DNA of 64,000 bases. Source: Sphagnum compactum (lineage: Eukaryota). Of this stretch, positions 1 through 12,697 are shown one piece after another (positions within the stretch are counted from its first letter, which is position 1; the number at the start of each line of letters is the position of its first letter). Below the pieces are notes generated by a model that worked only from the letters and a program-made list of their open reading frames with translations, was not told the origin of the DNA and ran no database searches. Position numbers and translations under genes: made by a program. Where the stretch lies: positions 558,001 through 622,000 of the forward strand of contig OZ234493.1 in the NCBI GenBank assembly GCA_965153455.1, read 5' to 3'.

Positions 1-784
1 CCCTTTGTTTTAATCAATCTAGTTTATTTACCTACCTGCTCTTAATTTATTGGGTTCTTCTTCTTCTTCTCCTCCTCCTTCTTTTTCTTAATATCTTCTC
101 AATTATTACACAGCTAATAGTTGGTGATGGTGTGAACCTTAAACCCTGAGTTAAGGTTATTGCCCATGTATTTATTGACACCCAGAGTGCACCAACAGCC
201 ACCAGTGCAACATGAGGGACTGAAAGTGGGGCAATATATTTTTCCCCACTTTTGTGATGTTGTAGAGTAAGTGATCATCCATAGACTGATTTAGCCAAAT
301 TTGGCTATTAAAAAATATGAAGGGAAAATTTTTAATGTCCTCACACATTTTTGGCTACTCACTTGAACCTTGTTTAGAAATCCGGATTTTTTTATTTTTT
401 TATTTTCAATTTTGATTGCTTGCAAAAAAAATAATTCAGAACTGTGAAAATAATGAAGGGAAAATTTTTAATGTCCTTACACATTTTTGGCTACCCACTT
501 GAACCATATATAGAAATCTGGATTTTTTTATGATTTTTTGTTCTAACTGTGATTATTTGCAAAAACAAATTCAGAACAGTTCAAAATTTCACACCAAAAT
601 AGGTGGGTGGACAAGAAATATTTTTCAGATTAGCTTCCATTTTCTATTAGCTAACCACAGTGGTCAGCTCAGTTTCAGTTTTCAAAACTTACCTACTAAC
701 AACCCACCAGCCCTTACCTATGTACTAACCATCATCATTGTCTATGTACTAACCATGTACAATGCATCCACTGACCTAAAAATT

Positions 785-990
785 ACCTAGTATCATACCC
801 TACTTACCTATGGGTATAACACCTACTTACCTATAAAAAATCATCTAGTATCATACCTACTAACCTATGGGTACAACAGCTACTTATCCATAAAAAATCA
901 TCTAGGGTAGTATCATGCCTACTTACCTATGGGTATAACATCTACTTACCTAAAAAAAATCATCTAGTATCATACCCACTTACCTATAGG
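785..990. repeat. Tandem repeat, ~57-62 bp unit, ~3.5 copies
   Basis: Recurring CTAGTATCATACCTACTTACCTATGGGTATAACA...AAAAAATCAT units. Confidence 0.8.
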
Positions 991-1544
991 ACCTACCAAG
1001 GTGAAACCCAACGGTCAACTTACTTAGTTAGTTAGGGTTCATCCATTCACATCTGATTCATAACACATCCATCCATTCTCTGGTGCACAGGTTGGTTGTT
1101 GGGTCACTCTTTGCCCATAGTTGATGACTTTTGTTTTCTGCTTTTGCTAAACAATAAAAGGTAGTTTGCTGGTCTATGTGAGTGCCATAGTAAAAGCATA
1201 TCTCTCTCTGCAATATCTGGGCAGAGAAGAAGCCCATTCAGGAGTTATTACAAGGATATAAATCATTTAAAAGGACTCAGACATTGAGATTTTGCTTTTT
1301 CAGAAATCACTCATTGTTCACTATAAGTGTCCATAGCTTGTGTAGGTAGGTGTAGGTAGGTACCTCTGAGACTGACAAAAACACCTAAAGTTAACCATAG
1401 TTCTATCGACCTACCACCTGGTTAGTAGCCTGGGTCCTGGAGGCGAGACGTGCTTGTTGTACCTAGTCCAGAATGGGCCAGGCCAAGCCAATTCCAGTAA
1501 GTAACCCAATTGGTTTGGTTATTGTGGAATGTCCAATCTCTAAA

Positions 1545-1759
1545 GGCCTGTTCACACTTGGTGTTAGGGACTAACCATTTTAGTCCCCTAACACCAGGCT
1601 AACCATTTAGGACTTGAACTTAGTTATCATGAAAATTTTAGGTTATAGCTAACATTCACTTAACATTAAGTTATCACCCATTTAACATTGGGTGCCACCT
1701 AGGATGCCACCTAGATTTTCATTTTTTAACACTGACTTACCATCAAGTGTGAATGCACC
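1545..1759. mobile_element. Putative MITE (~215 bp, possibly Tourist/Harbinger-like)
   Basis: Imperfect terminal inverted repeats GGCCTGTTCACACTTGGTG / CATCAAGTGTGAATGCACC; no coding capacity; TSD not clear. Confidence 0.55.
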
Positions 1760-4084
1760 ATGATTGTGAGCCCTTGTTATGTATGAGTATGATAGAATAA
1801 AGGCATTACAAGTTTGTAATCTGCCAATTTCAGATCATTCTGGTTCTCAGGTATTTATGGTTGTTTGCTTTTTTTGGTAATTATTTTGTTGTTGGGATCT
1901 CGTTCCGTGTGAACAGGGTTTGGGGTTTTTTGTATTAAGGGAATATTTCCTTAATGGGTGTCTCTATAATCTCTTAACAATGTTGGGCACGATCGAGTAG
2001 TACATGGCATGATTCTTAAGCTGTCAAGGGAATTGAAAGAACAAGCCATGATAGCTAGTTACATAAGTAGAGTCAGTCAAGAGAATGAGATTTGGTTACA
2101 ACCTACACAATGTAGTTGACCATGATGCCATCCAATAAAGAAATCATCTTCACTTTCAACCCAATAAAGAAAACTCCCCTCCTCTTTATAGGTGGTTGAA
2201 TGAATGAAACATATTAGCATCCACAATGTAACTCTAGGGAGCCTTAGATCATGTGAGAACATCAAGTAGCTTCGAAAAGAAGTAGTTAGAACATTTGTTA
2301 CCTAGTTCAAATTCTAGTCCTCATCAAAAACATGTTGTCATTCTCTTGCCAACAAATTTGCTTCACCTTGGTGAACAAGGGTTTACATTGTTAAACTTAC
2401 ACACTAAGAATGTCGTTCCATTAGGCATATGATAGACAATGTTGCAACAACAACTTTTTCCATTTCATTTTTTTCTAGTTGTGATCCTAGTCATTTCAAC
2501 ACTTTGTTGATCAAGCTTTGAAGGATCAAAATATAGAATTGTGAGTCAAACTATGATTTGTTAAAAGTTAACATCTTGGTAAATTCATGAATCAACAAGT
2601 CAAAATGCACCCTTAGGTAGTTTTTAGGCATTCCTTAATAGTTCAAGTAGGATAACATGGTAGTTTGAATTGATCAATTAGTGAAAGTAAATAGTGTTTA
2701 AATAGTGATTTAAAATGTTTAAACAATATTTTCAAGCATTGCTTACACTACTTAAATGAATGTTTTTTGTATTTTGTATTGATTGAATTTCATTCAAATG
2801 TATTCACATGTTACATTAATACATTAAAAAAATTGTTATATAAATTTATTGAACATTTATGAGACTTAAAATCAAACATGATTTTAATTATTGAAGCCTT
2901 AATAATGGTATACATTGAACGACTCCTTAATTTATGAAATGTACCCATTTATTATTTTTATAAAAAATTTATTTTTCTGTATATTCTCGATAAAACTCTC
3001 TATCACAAGCACCCAATTACAAACTTGCAATGGAAAAGAATGTACACATTCCAAAACAATTGCACTCTTCAACAAAAAATAATTTACAATAAAAATTAAT
3101 TTTTACAATAAGGATTTCGATCACTTTCCATTACCTTGTTGTCATCTCTCATATTGTGATGACAACGTGGTAATCGAAAATCACGATGTAAGATGTGACT
3201 CCAACATTATAAACAACCCATTTATTTAACTATGATGTGAAGGATAGCGTAAGCCATTTATAACCTTTTTATGAAATCAAAAAATGATGTTCAATTACAA
3301 TTGTAAGAAAAAAATGTAACTTACACAAAAATCAAGTATTATGTATTCATAATCCTTGTTTTCAAAAAAAATTCCACATCAAGTGGCATCTCACTATAGT
3401 TTATGACACAACAAAACAACAATTTTGTAATCAAAATGAAACATTAGTGATACATCTTTTTTGACTGCACATCCATGATTTCTTTAAAGAAAAAGAAAAT
3501 GTAATTTTTTGCAACTTCATTTTCAACTAGGTTTCCAAGTTGCAAATGTCATGTGCAACTACATTAAAACTAAAATGTAATTTTTACAATTCTCCACAAA
3601 AACAATTGAGGACAATGAGTTGCAATTTACATGAAAAAACAATAAGTTCGAATTAGTGTTACCATTATAATCGAAGCATGTTTTCAATCACAGGCAATCG
3701 ACATGGTGTAGATTCATAGAATGAATGTCATTTTGGAAATAGGTGGATGAACTTGGTTTACTTACATGTTTTGTTTTCATCCCCATGATGTAATTTTGAA
3801 TCATTTGATTTAACACAATATGACTAACCACAAGTTGCCACATCATGGCATCATGAAAAAATGACATTATATAATTTCCCTTAATGTTTTAATCTTTTTG
3901 AATTGAATGAGGTCATGTGGTCTTTATATGCATGCACATGTCAATATGTCATATCTACATGTTTACCATTAAAGTTGAGGGGTAAACTTAAATATAATCA
4001 ATACAAGTTGTAATATAATAGGCTTTCAATTGAACTAAAGTTCAAAAAAATTTATCTTTTTCAGTGTTTTTGGAATCAACCTCC

Positions 4085-6636
4085 AATTGTACAAGTGCAT
4101 ATTAATCAAGGTTTTCAAAATTAGTTAAATTTGCACTGACCCAAATAAACACCACAACAATGGGGACAATGAAACTATTTTTTGACATGTGGGTTTAGCA
4201 TAATGATATGCCGAAGGTCATAGTAAATGACCAGGATGTGAAATTCATGTCGAAATTTTGGACATTATTGATGAAGAAGGCGGGGACCAAGTTAAAGTTT
4301 AATACCATTTTCCATTCACAAACTAATGGACAAACCTAGAAGGTCAACGGATTATTGAATGAATATTTCCATAATTATATCACCAATAATCATTAGGATT
4401 GGGGCGACCATTTGGGTTTGGCAGAGTTTTGTTACAATTCCACAAAAGATTTGACCACTAAAATGAGTCCCTTTGAATTGGCCTTGGGAGTTGAAATGAA
4501 ACAACCCATGGATTAACCATTCTTAGAACAAAGGGTACTCGCCGTAAAGGCAACAAGGAGGCTGAAGAGATGGCCAAGGATTATGAAGAAAGGAAATCAC
4601 GAGCCATCAAGCTTTTAAAGAAGGTGTAGGTTAGTTATAATAAACAAGCCAACAAATCACAAAAGCATATAGAGTTTGAAGTTGGGGACCTAGTGTGGTT
4701 AAACATAAAAAAATTTAAGATGCTCGAAACTTTGGCAAATAGGTTTGTTTCAAAGTATGCAGGTCCCTATAAGGTCATTTGTAAACCCCATTTAGATGTG
4801 TATTTTTTATAGTTGCCAATGACGTTGGTAGCTCACCCAACCTTCCATGTGTCCAAATTAAAACCAGTTCATGAAGACAAAAAAAGGAAGGACCAAAAAC
4901 ATGCCTACCACCAAGGATTTGACCTCATTGAGCACAAGCTCGTTGGGGAAGTGGAGTGCATCCTAACTGCAAAACAAACCGGGAGAACTAGAAATAATAT
5001 TCGGTCAAGTGGAAAGGGTGCCACCCAAAAGAATTTTAGGGGTTGAAGTTTGCTCATTTAGACCACTTATCGGAAATGGGTGAAAAATTTGAACGTGAGT
5101 GTGGCCATGAGATGGGAAAGAGGAAAGTGCATAAAGAAAAGTCCATCACATCAACGTAACATTGATGAGGACATCAACCTCCAAAAGGCAAGGGGGTGAA
5201 AGCAAAGACTTAGAAGAATGGACGTATATTCAAATTGAAGCCAAGGTTGATGGCAATTGGTTTGAGGTCAAGATGCACGAAAAGGGGTAGACCATGGAAG
5301 AAATAAGTGAGGGTTGAGTTGAGGTGACAACAACCAATGAAAATAAACCTAAGGAGTTGAATTCGAAAAAAAAACTTCTAAAAGTTCAATTAAGTAAAAT
5401 TGTGGTAGTGTTGCGCATGCATTAACTGGCATGTCCCCAAATTGAAAATAAGCTTATGGGAACGAGGTTTTCAGGGCATGGAGTTGTGAACCATGTCCTT
5501 CTAAGGCAAAGGGGGCTTGACTTGGGCTTAAACCAAGCCCGAGCCAGCACTATTTGTTGGTGCGTTTCATAGTCATACCTTAACGTGGTTGCCCAAGGTC
5601 ATCGAAAGAATAGGCCTAGGCATGAGACATAATTCTCAAGTGTTTTGAAGGTGCCTGAAGAGGGGGAATGTCGCTTGGTAAGAGAAGTAAATCCAAAAAG
5701 GGATTAGTGCGGTTAAAGGGACTGTAACAAAGACGGATAAGAAAATTGTCTAAAAATCCTCTTGCATCTAATAGAAAGAATTTGAGATGTGAATTACACC
5801 TAAGTCAAAAACTAGCTATTCTCCTAAAAGCTTAAGGTATGGGGGTGGTGAAAGGGGTGGATTTGCCATGACAAAGGCGACATGTTATTTGTGTCTACAA
5901 TGACATAAACCTCCCGAAGGTGGGGGTGAATGACATGCCCTTTCGCTTAAAAAATGTTTTAAGCATATGCGAGCCTCATATTGGGACCACCTTAGTGGGG
6001 CACTAAAGTAATATGAGAATCAGGGTAAAAATGGTTTCGCATAGAAGAATCAAGATACGTCCAGATTTAGGGATCCAGATGGGCTAAAGTAGGAGCTCAG
6101 GCTTTTGCCGGTCGAAAAGACGACTTGAGTTGTTTTCAGGACTGTATTGCGAGTCACTATCCCCTTAAAACTCTCAACGAACAATTAAATTCTGTCCTAG
6201 GCCACCAAAAGGGGCGGACTCGCTAAAACAGTTGAGTCGACTAGAAGTTGTCCTTTTAAAACTTCGAGGCCGTCGAAAGAGGGTTGGCCTTGGGACAAGG
6301 CCAGTCCCAAGGCTAGTTGTTCCAGTCTAAGTCCTTCTTGGGCCAACTCCAGGAGTTGGGCTCAAGAGGCCCCCAAATCAACCTAGGACTGGTTCGGTTT
6401 TAAGGCCATTAGGGCCAGGTCTAGGAGCCGGCCCATGTTAGACTAATACTTAGTCTCAATAGCAAGGTTTAGCGAGTCTAAATAGAGAGTTTGAGTTCAT
6501 CTAGAGTGGTCAGGACCTTAGGACTAATGAAGTGTGCTGTGGGATGTGTAGATAACTAGGAGCTAAAAGAGTCAACACAAAAAGAGCTTGATGAGGTGTG
6601 TGAAATGCAAAATGACAAGCTAGAAAAGGCGTGTCA
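4085..6636 (+). mobile_element. 5'-truncated, degenerate Ty3/Gypsy chromovirus relic (integrase-chromodomain, 3' region, 3' LTR)
   Basis: Stop-riddled integrase motifs (PKVIVNDQDVKF, HSQTNGQT*KVN, LAEFCYNS, AHPTFHVSKLKP) at ~4100-5150; PPT GAAGGTGGGGGTGAA at 5916-5930. Confidence 0.85.
5931..6636 (+). repeat. 3' LTR of the Gypsy relic (~706 bp)
   Basis: Starts right after the PPT with TGACATGCCCTTTC, ends GAAAAGGCGTGTCA (14-bp imperfect inverted termini, TG...CA). Confidence 0.75.
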
Positions 6637-8078
6637 GCACCCCTTTCCCAATATACCTTCTTGAGTGAACCAGGACATTCACTGCTACTATGGCAAAAAA
6701 TTGAAAACCCTCCAGTTACTTTGAAAGATTATCAGTCCAACTAATACAAAATCAGCACCTCCAATTTTGATTTTAACATTACCAGGGTTAAATATAGGCG
6801 CTGGTTCACCGTGGCCTACTGCACTGCATAAGGACCTTACCAAAAACCCTACCTATTCTTCTGGTACATGAGTGACGAAAATGAAAATTGTTGGATGATA
6901 AAAATGGACATCAGCCCTGAGGGAAAAAAAAAGGGTCACAAATACTTGTGCAAGGAAGGACTCTTGTTGCTGCTCTTTATTGCTGTCAGGGATTTTTGCA
7001 CAGCAGCTTGCTTAGGAAGACAAATGAGAGGATTTTGATTGTTGCAGCAGCAAAAGAAGAATGGAATGGATTTTCGTATCAGCAGCAGCAGCAGCGGCGG
7101 CAGAAGAAGATAATGAGTGGATTTCCGTAACAGCCGCAGCAGCAGCAGAAGAAGAACAGGAACAAGAAGAGAGCCTGAGTGGAGCTTGATAGCAGCAGGA
7201 GCAGCAGGAGAGAAGACTTTATCACAAATAGTAGAAGGAGCACAAGAACAATCAACAAGTCTTCCCATGATCACCAACTACATGGATTTGTGGCTGGAGA
7301 AATGATAAATGAATGAGTAGAACAGATTGATCTTCTTCAGACACAGTAGTGTTTGTTGTCAGTTCCTCTCTTGTTTTGTAACAATTGTGGATTTTAGCAG
7401 GAGGAGGAGAAGAAGAAGAAGCAGATGACGAAGGAAGAAACTTTGCTGCAGTTATTGCGCCGACCGAGTTTGCAGTCGTATTAGCTTGCAGCAGCTGCTT
7501 TTGAGAGCAAGAGCAAGAGCTTTTGATCTGAAGATAGTTGTATGTTGTTGTCGTTTTGTCGTTGAACAACTGCAACAGTCGCGTCGAGTCGAGTCGAGCA
7601 AGTAGTGAACATTCAAGTCCCCCGCCTAAAGCTTGCTGATGTCGCCGTCTTTCTCTCTGCCTGGTTCGCTCTTGTCGTGATGCCAGTTTTGATCAGAGGA
7701 TGCTGCTACGTCTACAGTGCATCATGAGGAAGAACAGGAGTCGAGGTTGCAGGTTGACTTCCTGACTTCCTGATGATCATGACATCATGGTCTTTTGTTT
7801 TCTCGACGGCGAGGATCCCGGACCTGTCGAGTCTCTGGGAATGCATTTGTGACCGACCGACTTAGACATTTGTAGTAGCTGCTTCGCATTTGGGGCCTGG
7901 ATCAGCTTCTTCACCATGGCAAGTCTGCACTCGGATCTGGAACCGGGAACTCCCCCAGCAATGATAGAAAAAAGGTGAGCCTCCTCTTCATCTGTCGGAA
8001 GTGAGGGAGGAGGAAGTCGAGCTTGCTGTTTTCTGAGGAGGATCCGAGAATCACTTGCGGTTTGATCCTGGGCTCGCC

Positions 8079-10580
8079 ATGCACAGGATGATGGAGACAG
8101 AGTCCGCAATGCGTTCTTCAGCCAGTTACTTGGAGGTGGACGTAAATGCGGAGCAAACCTTCATCGTGCACAAGGTATTCACAACATTCGCAAGCACTTC
8201 AGGAGAACGTACTGTCGCTCTGTTGATAACTCGCGCAGCGAGCAGAAGATACCTCCCTTTAGATGTGCCGCTGTTGTCTTGCAGCAGTAGAGCTTTTCCT
8301 GGTCTGCCGTTCACTTGCCGTAGCAGAAGAAAATGGCCTCGAGCATTCCGACCTTTGCTGCTTGCTGTTCTTTCTCAATTGCGCTCTCGTTGTGTTTGTG
8401 CAGACACCGCTACTTGCGCATTGTGGTCGACTGGTGGAAGCGGTGAAGGAGGCCACAATGCAATCGTCCGAGGCGGCTTCTTCACCAGGCAGTACTAAGC
8501 TCTTACGGGTGCAAGTGACAGACATGCCTGGAGGAGCTGAAGCATTTGAAATGGCAACCAGATTCTGCTTCAACGATGCGGACATCTGCATCTCGTCGGC
8601 TAACGTTGCCATGTTGCGTTGCGCCGCGGAATTCCTCGACATGACAGAAGCCTTGAGCAAAGGAAACCTGACGAGGAAAACCGAGGACTACTTGCGGACG
8701 ATGGTCTTCTGGAGTTGGGAGGAAGCGCTTGTCGTCCTGCGATCGTGCAAGGAGTTTCAATCAGCAGCGGAGAAGACACAGCTGGTGCAACGTTGTGTGA
8801 ACTGTCTCGCCGACAAAGCTTCGTCTTCGTTCTCCTTCGCTGGGGAGCTCAACAGTCCATTTCATGCAGGCATCGAATCCTACTTCGCTTCTTACCTCGT
8901 CTCCACACCCAGCGGCATCAGCTCGCACAGATCCTCCAAAGCTGCGTCCGAGACTTGGTGGTTCGAGGACCTCTCGACGCTTCCCGTGCACCTCATGGCA
9001 CGCGTGGTGAAGGCGATGATGGCCAACAGAACTTCGGACCACAGAGTTCTGGCCAAATTCCTTCTGCATTATCTCAGGTCTGCCTTGCCAGTGCTCGGCG
9101 GATATGGCCCCGCTACTTCTTCTCTAGCGTCACCGATGCCGCAGCACAAGAGCGCCGAACGCGATGGCGAGCACAATAATACTCTACTACACAACCAGAG
9201 TCAGAGAGCACAACGGCAAGTCATACAAGTCGTGGTGAGCTTGCTGGCTTGTCTTGATCGAAGCACTGTTTCCTGCAGGTCGTTGCTAGGCCTCCGAAGA
9301 ATCGCAATAGCGTTACGAGCCGGGAAGCTTTGTCGAAGAGAACTGGAACGCATGATCGGCGCACAACTTGACAAGGCGACACTGGACAACATTCTCATCC
9401 CTGCTCTTCCTCCGCGTTCTAGTTCTCTTTACGACGTCGACTTGGTCCTGCGACTGCTAGATTTCTTTCTCAAGGACAAAGCTGAGGCGCTGATGATGGT
9501 ACCGTCTGCGAGGCCTTCAGAGAGCAGCTCGTCGTTACTGTCCACGAGAACCGAAAGCGGATCGTCTACTTTGTCGCGAGCAGATAGCAAAACGACAATG
9601 CTGCTGGCGGCAACAACAACAGCGAGCTCTGATATCAGTACTCCTGTACAAACGGCGCTTACGAAAGTGGGAGGGTTGATGGACAAGTACCTGGCGGAGA
9701 TAGCTGCCGATGTACACTTGCGTCCTTTGCGCTTTCTCGCACTCGCAGAATCTCTACCAGATTATGCTCGCGAATCCGATGACGGCCTGTACAGAGCTGT
9801 CGACATCTACCTCGAGGTCAGTACCTGCAGAGCTTAAGGATGATGGATGTCAAAGCAATCGGTCTCTCTTGTTTCTCTTGAAAGCTTTTTGCAATCTCCT
9901 GCAAACTTTCTTTCTTGCTCAATCCGTCTTCAATCTTCTTCTTGCTGGTGGTGTTTCTTCTTGTTTCGTTGCAGGCTCATCCAAGCATAAACGAGGCTGA
10001 TGCTTCCAGACTCTTCAAGGTCATCAACTGTCACAAGCTAGGTGCAGAGACATGCAAAGCTGCAGTTCAGAATTCGAGGTTTCCGCCAAGCTTTCTAATC
10101 CAGGTAGCACTGGTGCAGCAAGCACAGCAGAGGAGGACATTGAACGAGGGATTGTTTTGCAGCAGCAGCAACAGTGGAAGGGATTATCATCACACCAGTA
10201 ATAACAAGGATTATCACAACAGCAACAACAACAACAGGTCTTCTTCATCTCCACCGCCATCATCATCCAAACACTCCTCCTCACGAATGGGACAGCAAAC
10301 AGTGGTACATGTGCAATGCTCACACTTTGAATTCACTCTCCGACAAATACAACAAGACAAGAAGAAGACAACAGAGAACCATTTCAGAGCAGCTGCAGTA
10401 GAGCAAACAGAAATGTTGTCGTCTCCATTGCCTCTCCAGCACATAAAGACAACTGAGTCTTCCAGGACAGACTCTTCTTTCGACTCTGCAAACTCTTCCT
10501 GTAAACGCTCACGAGTGGAGATGATTTCAAGCTTTCATAGACTGAAGCAACTCTTCCACTCCAAGTCCAGACAACAGTAA
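8079..10580 (+). CDS. BTB/POZ-NPH3 (NRL family) protein; exons 8079-8174, 8404-9816, 9975-10580
   Basis: BTB motifs (LEVDVNAEQTFIVHK, DMPGGAEAFEMATRFCF, LRCAAEFLDMTE) and NPH3 motifs (WWFEDL, QLDKATLDNILIP, LYDVDLVLRL, DDGLYRAVDIYL|AHP); in-phase GT-AG junctions; start ATG choice uncertain. Confidence 0.92.
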
Positions 10581-10738
10581 CAAACACATCCCAGCAAGTT
10601 TCTGAACATACAAACAAACCATACCACACAACAGTGTCACTATGCACACACAGGCATCATCAGCATCGCCATTCCATGGCTGTAATCACTAAATCCGAGC
10701 AGCGCTTTTTGTTTGCACAATACAACAACATAGTGGAA

Positions 10739-10768
10739 CTCAGCTCAGCTCAGCTCAGCTCAGCTCAG
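10739..10768. repeat. (CTCAG)n pentanucleotide microsatellite in the NPH3 3' region
   Basis: About 6 tandem CTCAG units. Confidence 0.85.
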
Positions 10769-12395
10769 ATCAGACAGCTTTGGTTTTTCCAGTTCTGTGA
10801 GGTGCAGAATAGATGTGCACTCCAAAGTGTGGCGGTTTTCTTTTCCATTGTAGTTCTTTTTCCCCCTCCCACACAGATGATTTACAAAAGCTTCGATTCC
10901 ATGGTTGTTGTTTTTCTCCCACACTTCTTGCATTTCTGCTGGCTTTCCTTGATGAAGATTATTGAGCTTTGATTGTGGTTCTTGCTCTGGGATAATCAAA
11001 GCAAAGTGATGAAGGTTGAGCTTTTAGTAATAGTTCTGTGTTCGGGATAATGAAAGCAAATCAATCACTGACGGAGTTTGAAGCTTTGGCAAGAAAATCT
11101 TTTATCAGAATTTGTTAAGAGGAACAATCAGGAGGTTGGGAGTATTGCATTTGCACCTCCACTTTGTCTGTGTCTTTGCAATTGCCCGGTAGTTTGTGAT
11201 GCTCCACCTTGCACAGACCCCCTATTCTGGCGAAGACCTTATGCCTCCCCCCTTACGGGACCTTACCCTACACTTCAAAACCCTCAAACTGATATTGGCA
11301 ATATGAGCTGTTTTTGCAAGTAGGTTGTGATGTTGTGCCCCCCTTATGCCGGCCCCTTATTCTAGTAATGCATACCTGTTCTAGGGTTTCACCCTGTAGT
11401 TTCAAACCCAAAATGCCAATATCTGCTGCTTTGGATGATGTTCCCACCTGGGGCCCCTGTCTTGGGGTTTAACAAGTAGGGTAAGGTCCCAGGATGAGGG
11501 CATTACCACAAGAAGGGGATGTGCAAGGCAGCGCAGATTGCTTGCCCACTTCTAGTAATGCCCTCATTCAAGGCTTTACCCAATGTAAAGATCCTATCAC
11601 AAAATTTAAATGGATCCAGATGATTCACACAAAATGGAAGATACCTTGAAAACAGAAGAACCCTCGGCCAAGTAACAAAATTTTGATGAAGTAGAATTCT
11701 GGCCTACCATGAATTTTTTTGGCAGGTAAGATGTTGTTAGAGGGCATGGCAGCGAGGTGGTGGTAGCCCATCATGTTCTCAACTCCAAGAACAATATTCA
11801 ATCATGTGACTTGCCCTTCGTCAATTAAAAAACTGACATAATCAGAACCTGCAGGCACCGTATAGAACCGTAAAAAGGTTGTCCAAATTTATTCTGCCCT
11901 TTTTCAGGCCTTACTACATGGCAGAAAGGGCCAGGCAAATAAACGGCCAGTGAGGCAGATTCATCTACAGAACCCACCCGCGTTGGTAGGTATCCTTTGT
12001 GCTCCCTAGTACGTAAGGTGCCTTGAAGGTTGCAAGGAAGATTATACTTTGAGTTACCTTCAAATCCAAGAGATAAATTAGGTCAGGTTTTATTACCTAT
12101 ATGCGGACGAGCAGGGCGGGAGGGCAAATTCCTTTGTTTGAAGGCATGGGAATGAAGGCAGTACTATGCTGCCGTCAAACAAAGGAACGACCTTCCTCTA
12201 CATTGAAAAAAATTGATCTAAATTTTTATGCTGAGAGGACCTTACAGAGATTATAATGTACCTCCTAGCCTGCTTGAAACTTCTGCCCACAGAGATATCT
12301 CAAAGATCAGCCACGCCCTGCCGGCTCCAACATAAAGCCGCAAGCCACAAGCAACAAGCCACAAGCACCTTGAGAGCTTCATTTCATGGAGAGCT

Positions 12396-12458
12396 CCTAA
12401 CCCTAATCCAAACCTGACCCTAACCCTAATGTAAACCTGATCCTAACCCTAACCCTGA
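12396..12458. repeat. Degenerate CCCTAA telomere-like tract upstream of MPP beta
   Basis: CCTAACCCTAA...GACCCTAACCCTAA...CCTAACCCTAACCCTGA. Confidence 0.6.
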
Positions 12459-12697
12459 TTCTTTCACCCGCTTCGATTGACCTACAGAAATGAAAGTCAT
12501 CCCCTCCTCGCGTGATGCCCAAGTTAAATCATTCCTTAACGTTCTGTGGGAGCTAAGCTTATTATCATCCGTTTTTTGACCTTCATCCACCTGAACTAGA
12601 CGTTTTGTTGTTAATGTACTTTCTTCTCCAATCATCAAACGCAAAATGAAGGACGGACTTTGTAGTTGGTGGCTGTTGCTGCGGAAAACCGTTGGCG

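Noticed and set aside
2040..4080. Possible TE relics and short ORFs in AT-rich DNA
   Set aside because: No termini, TSDs or protein motifs that I can support
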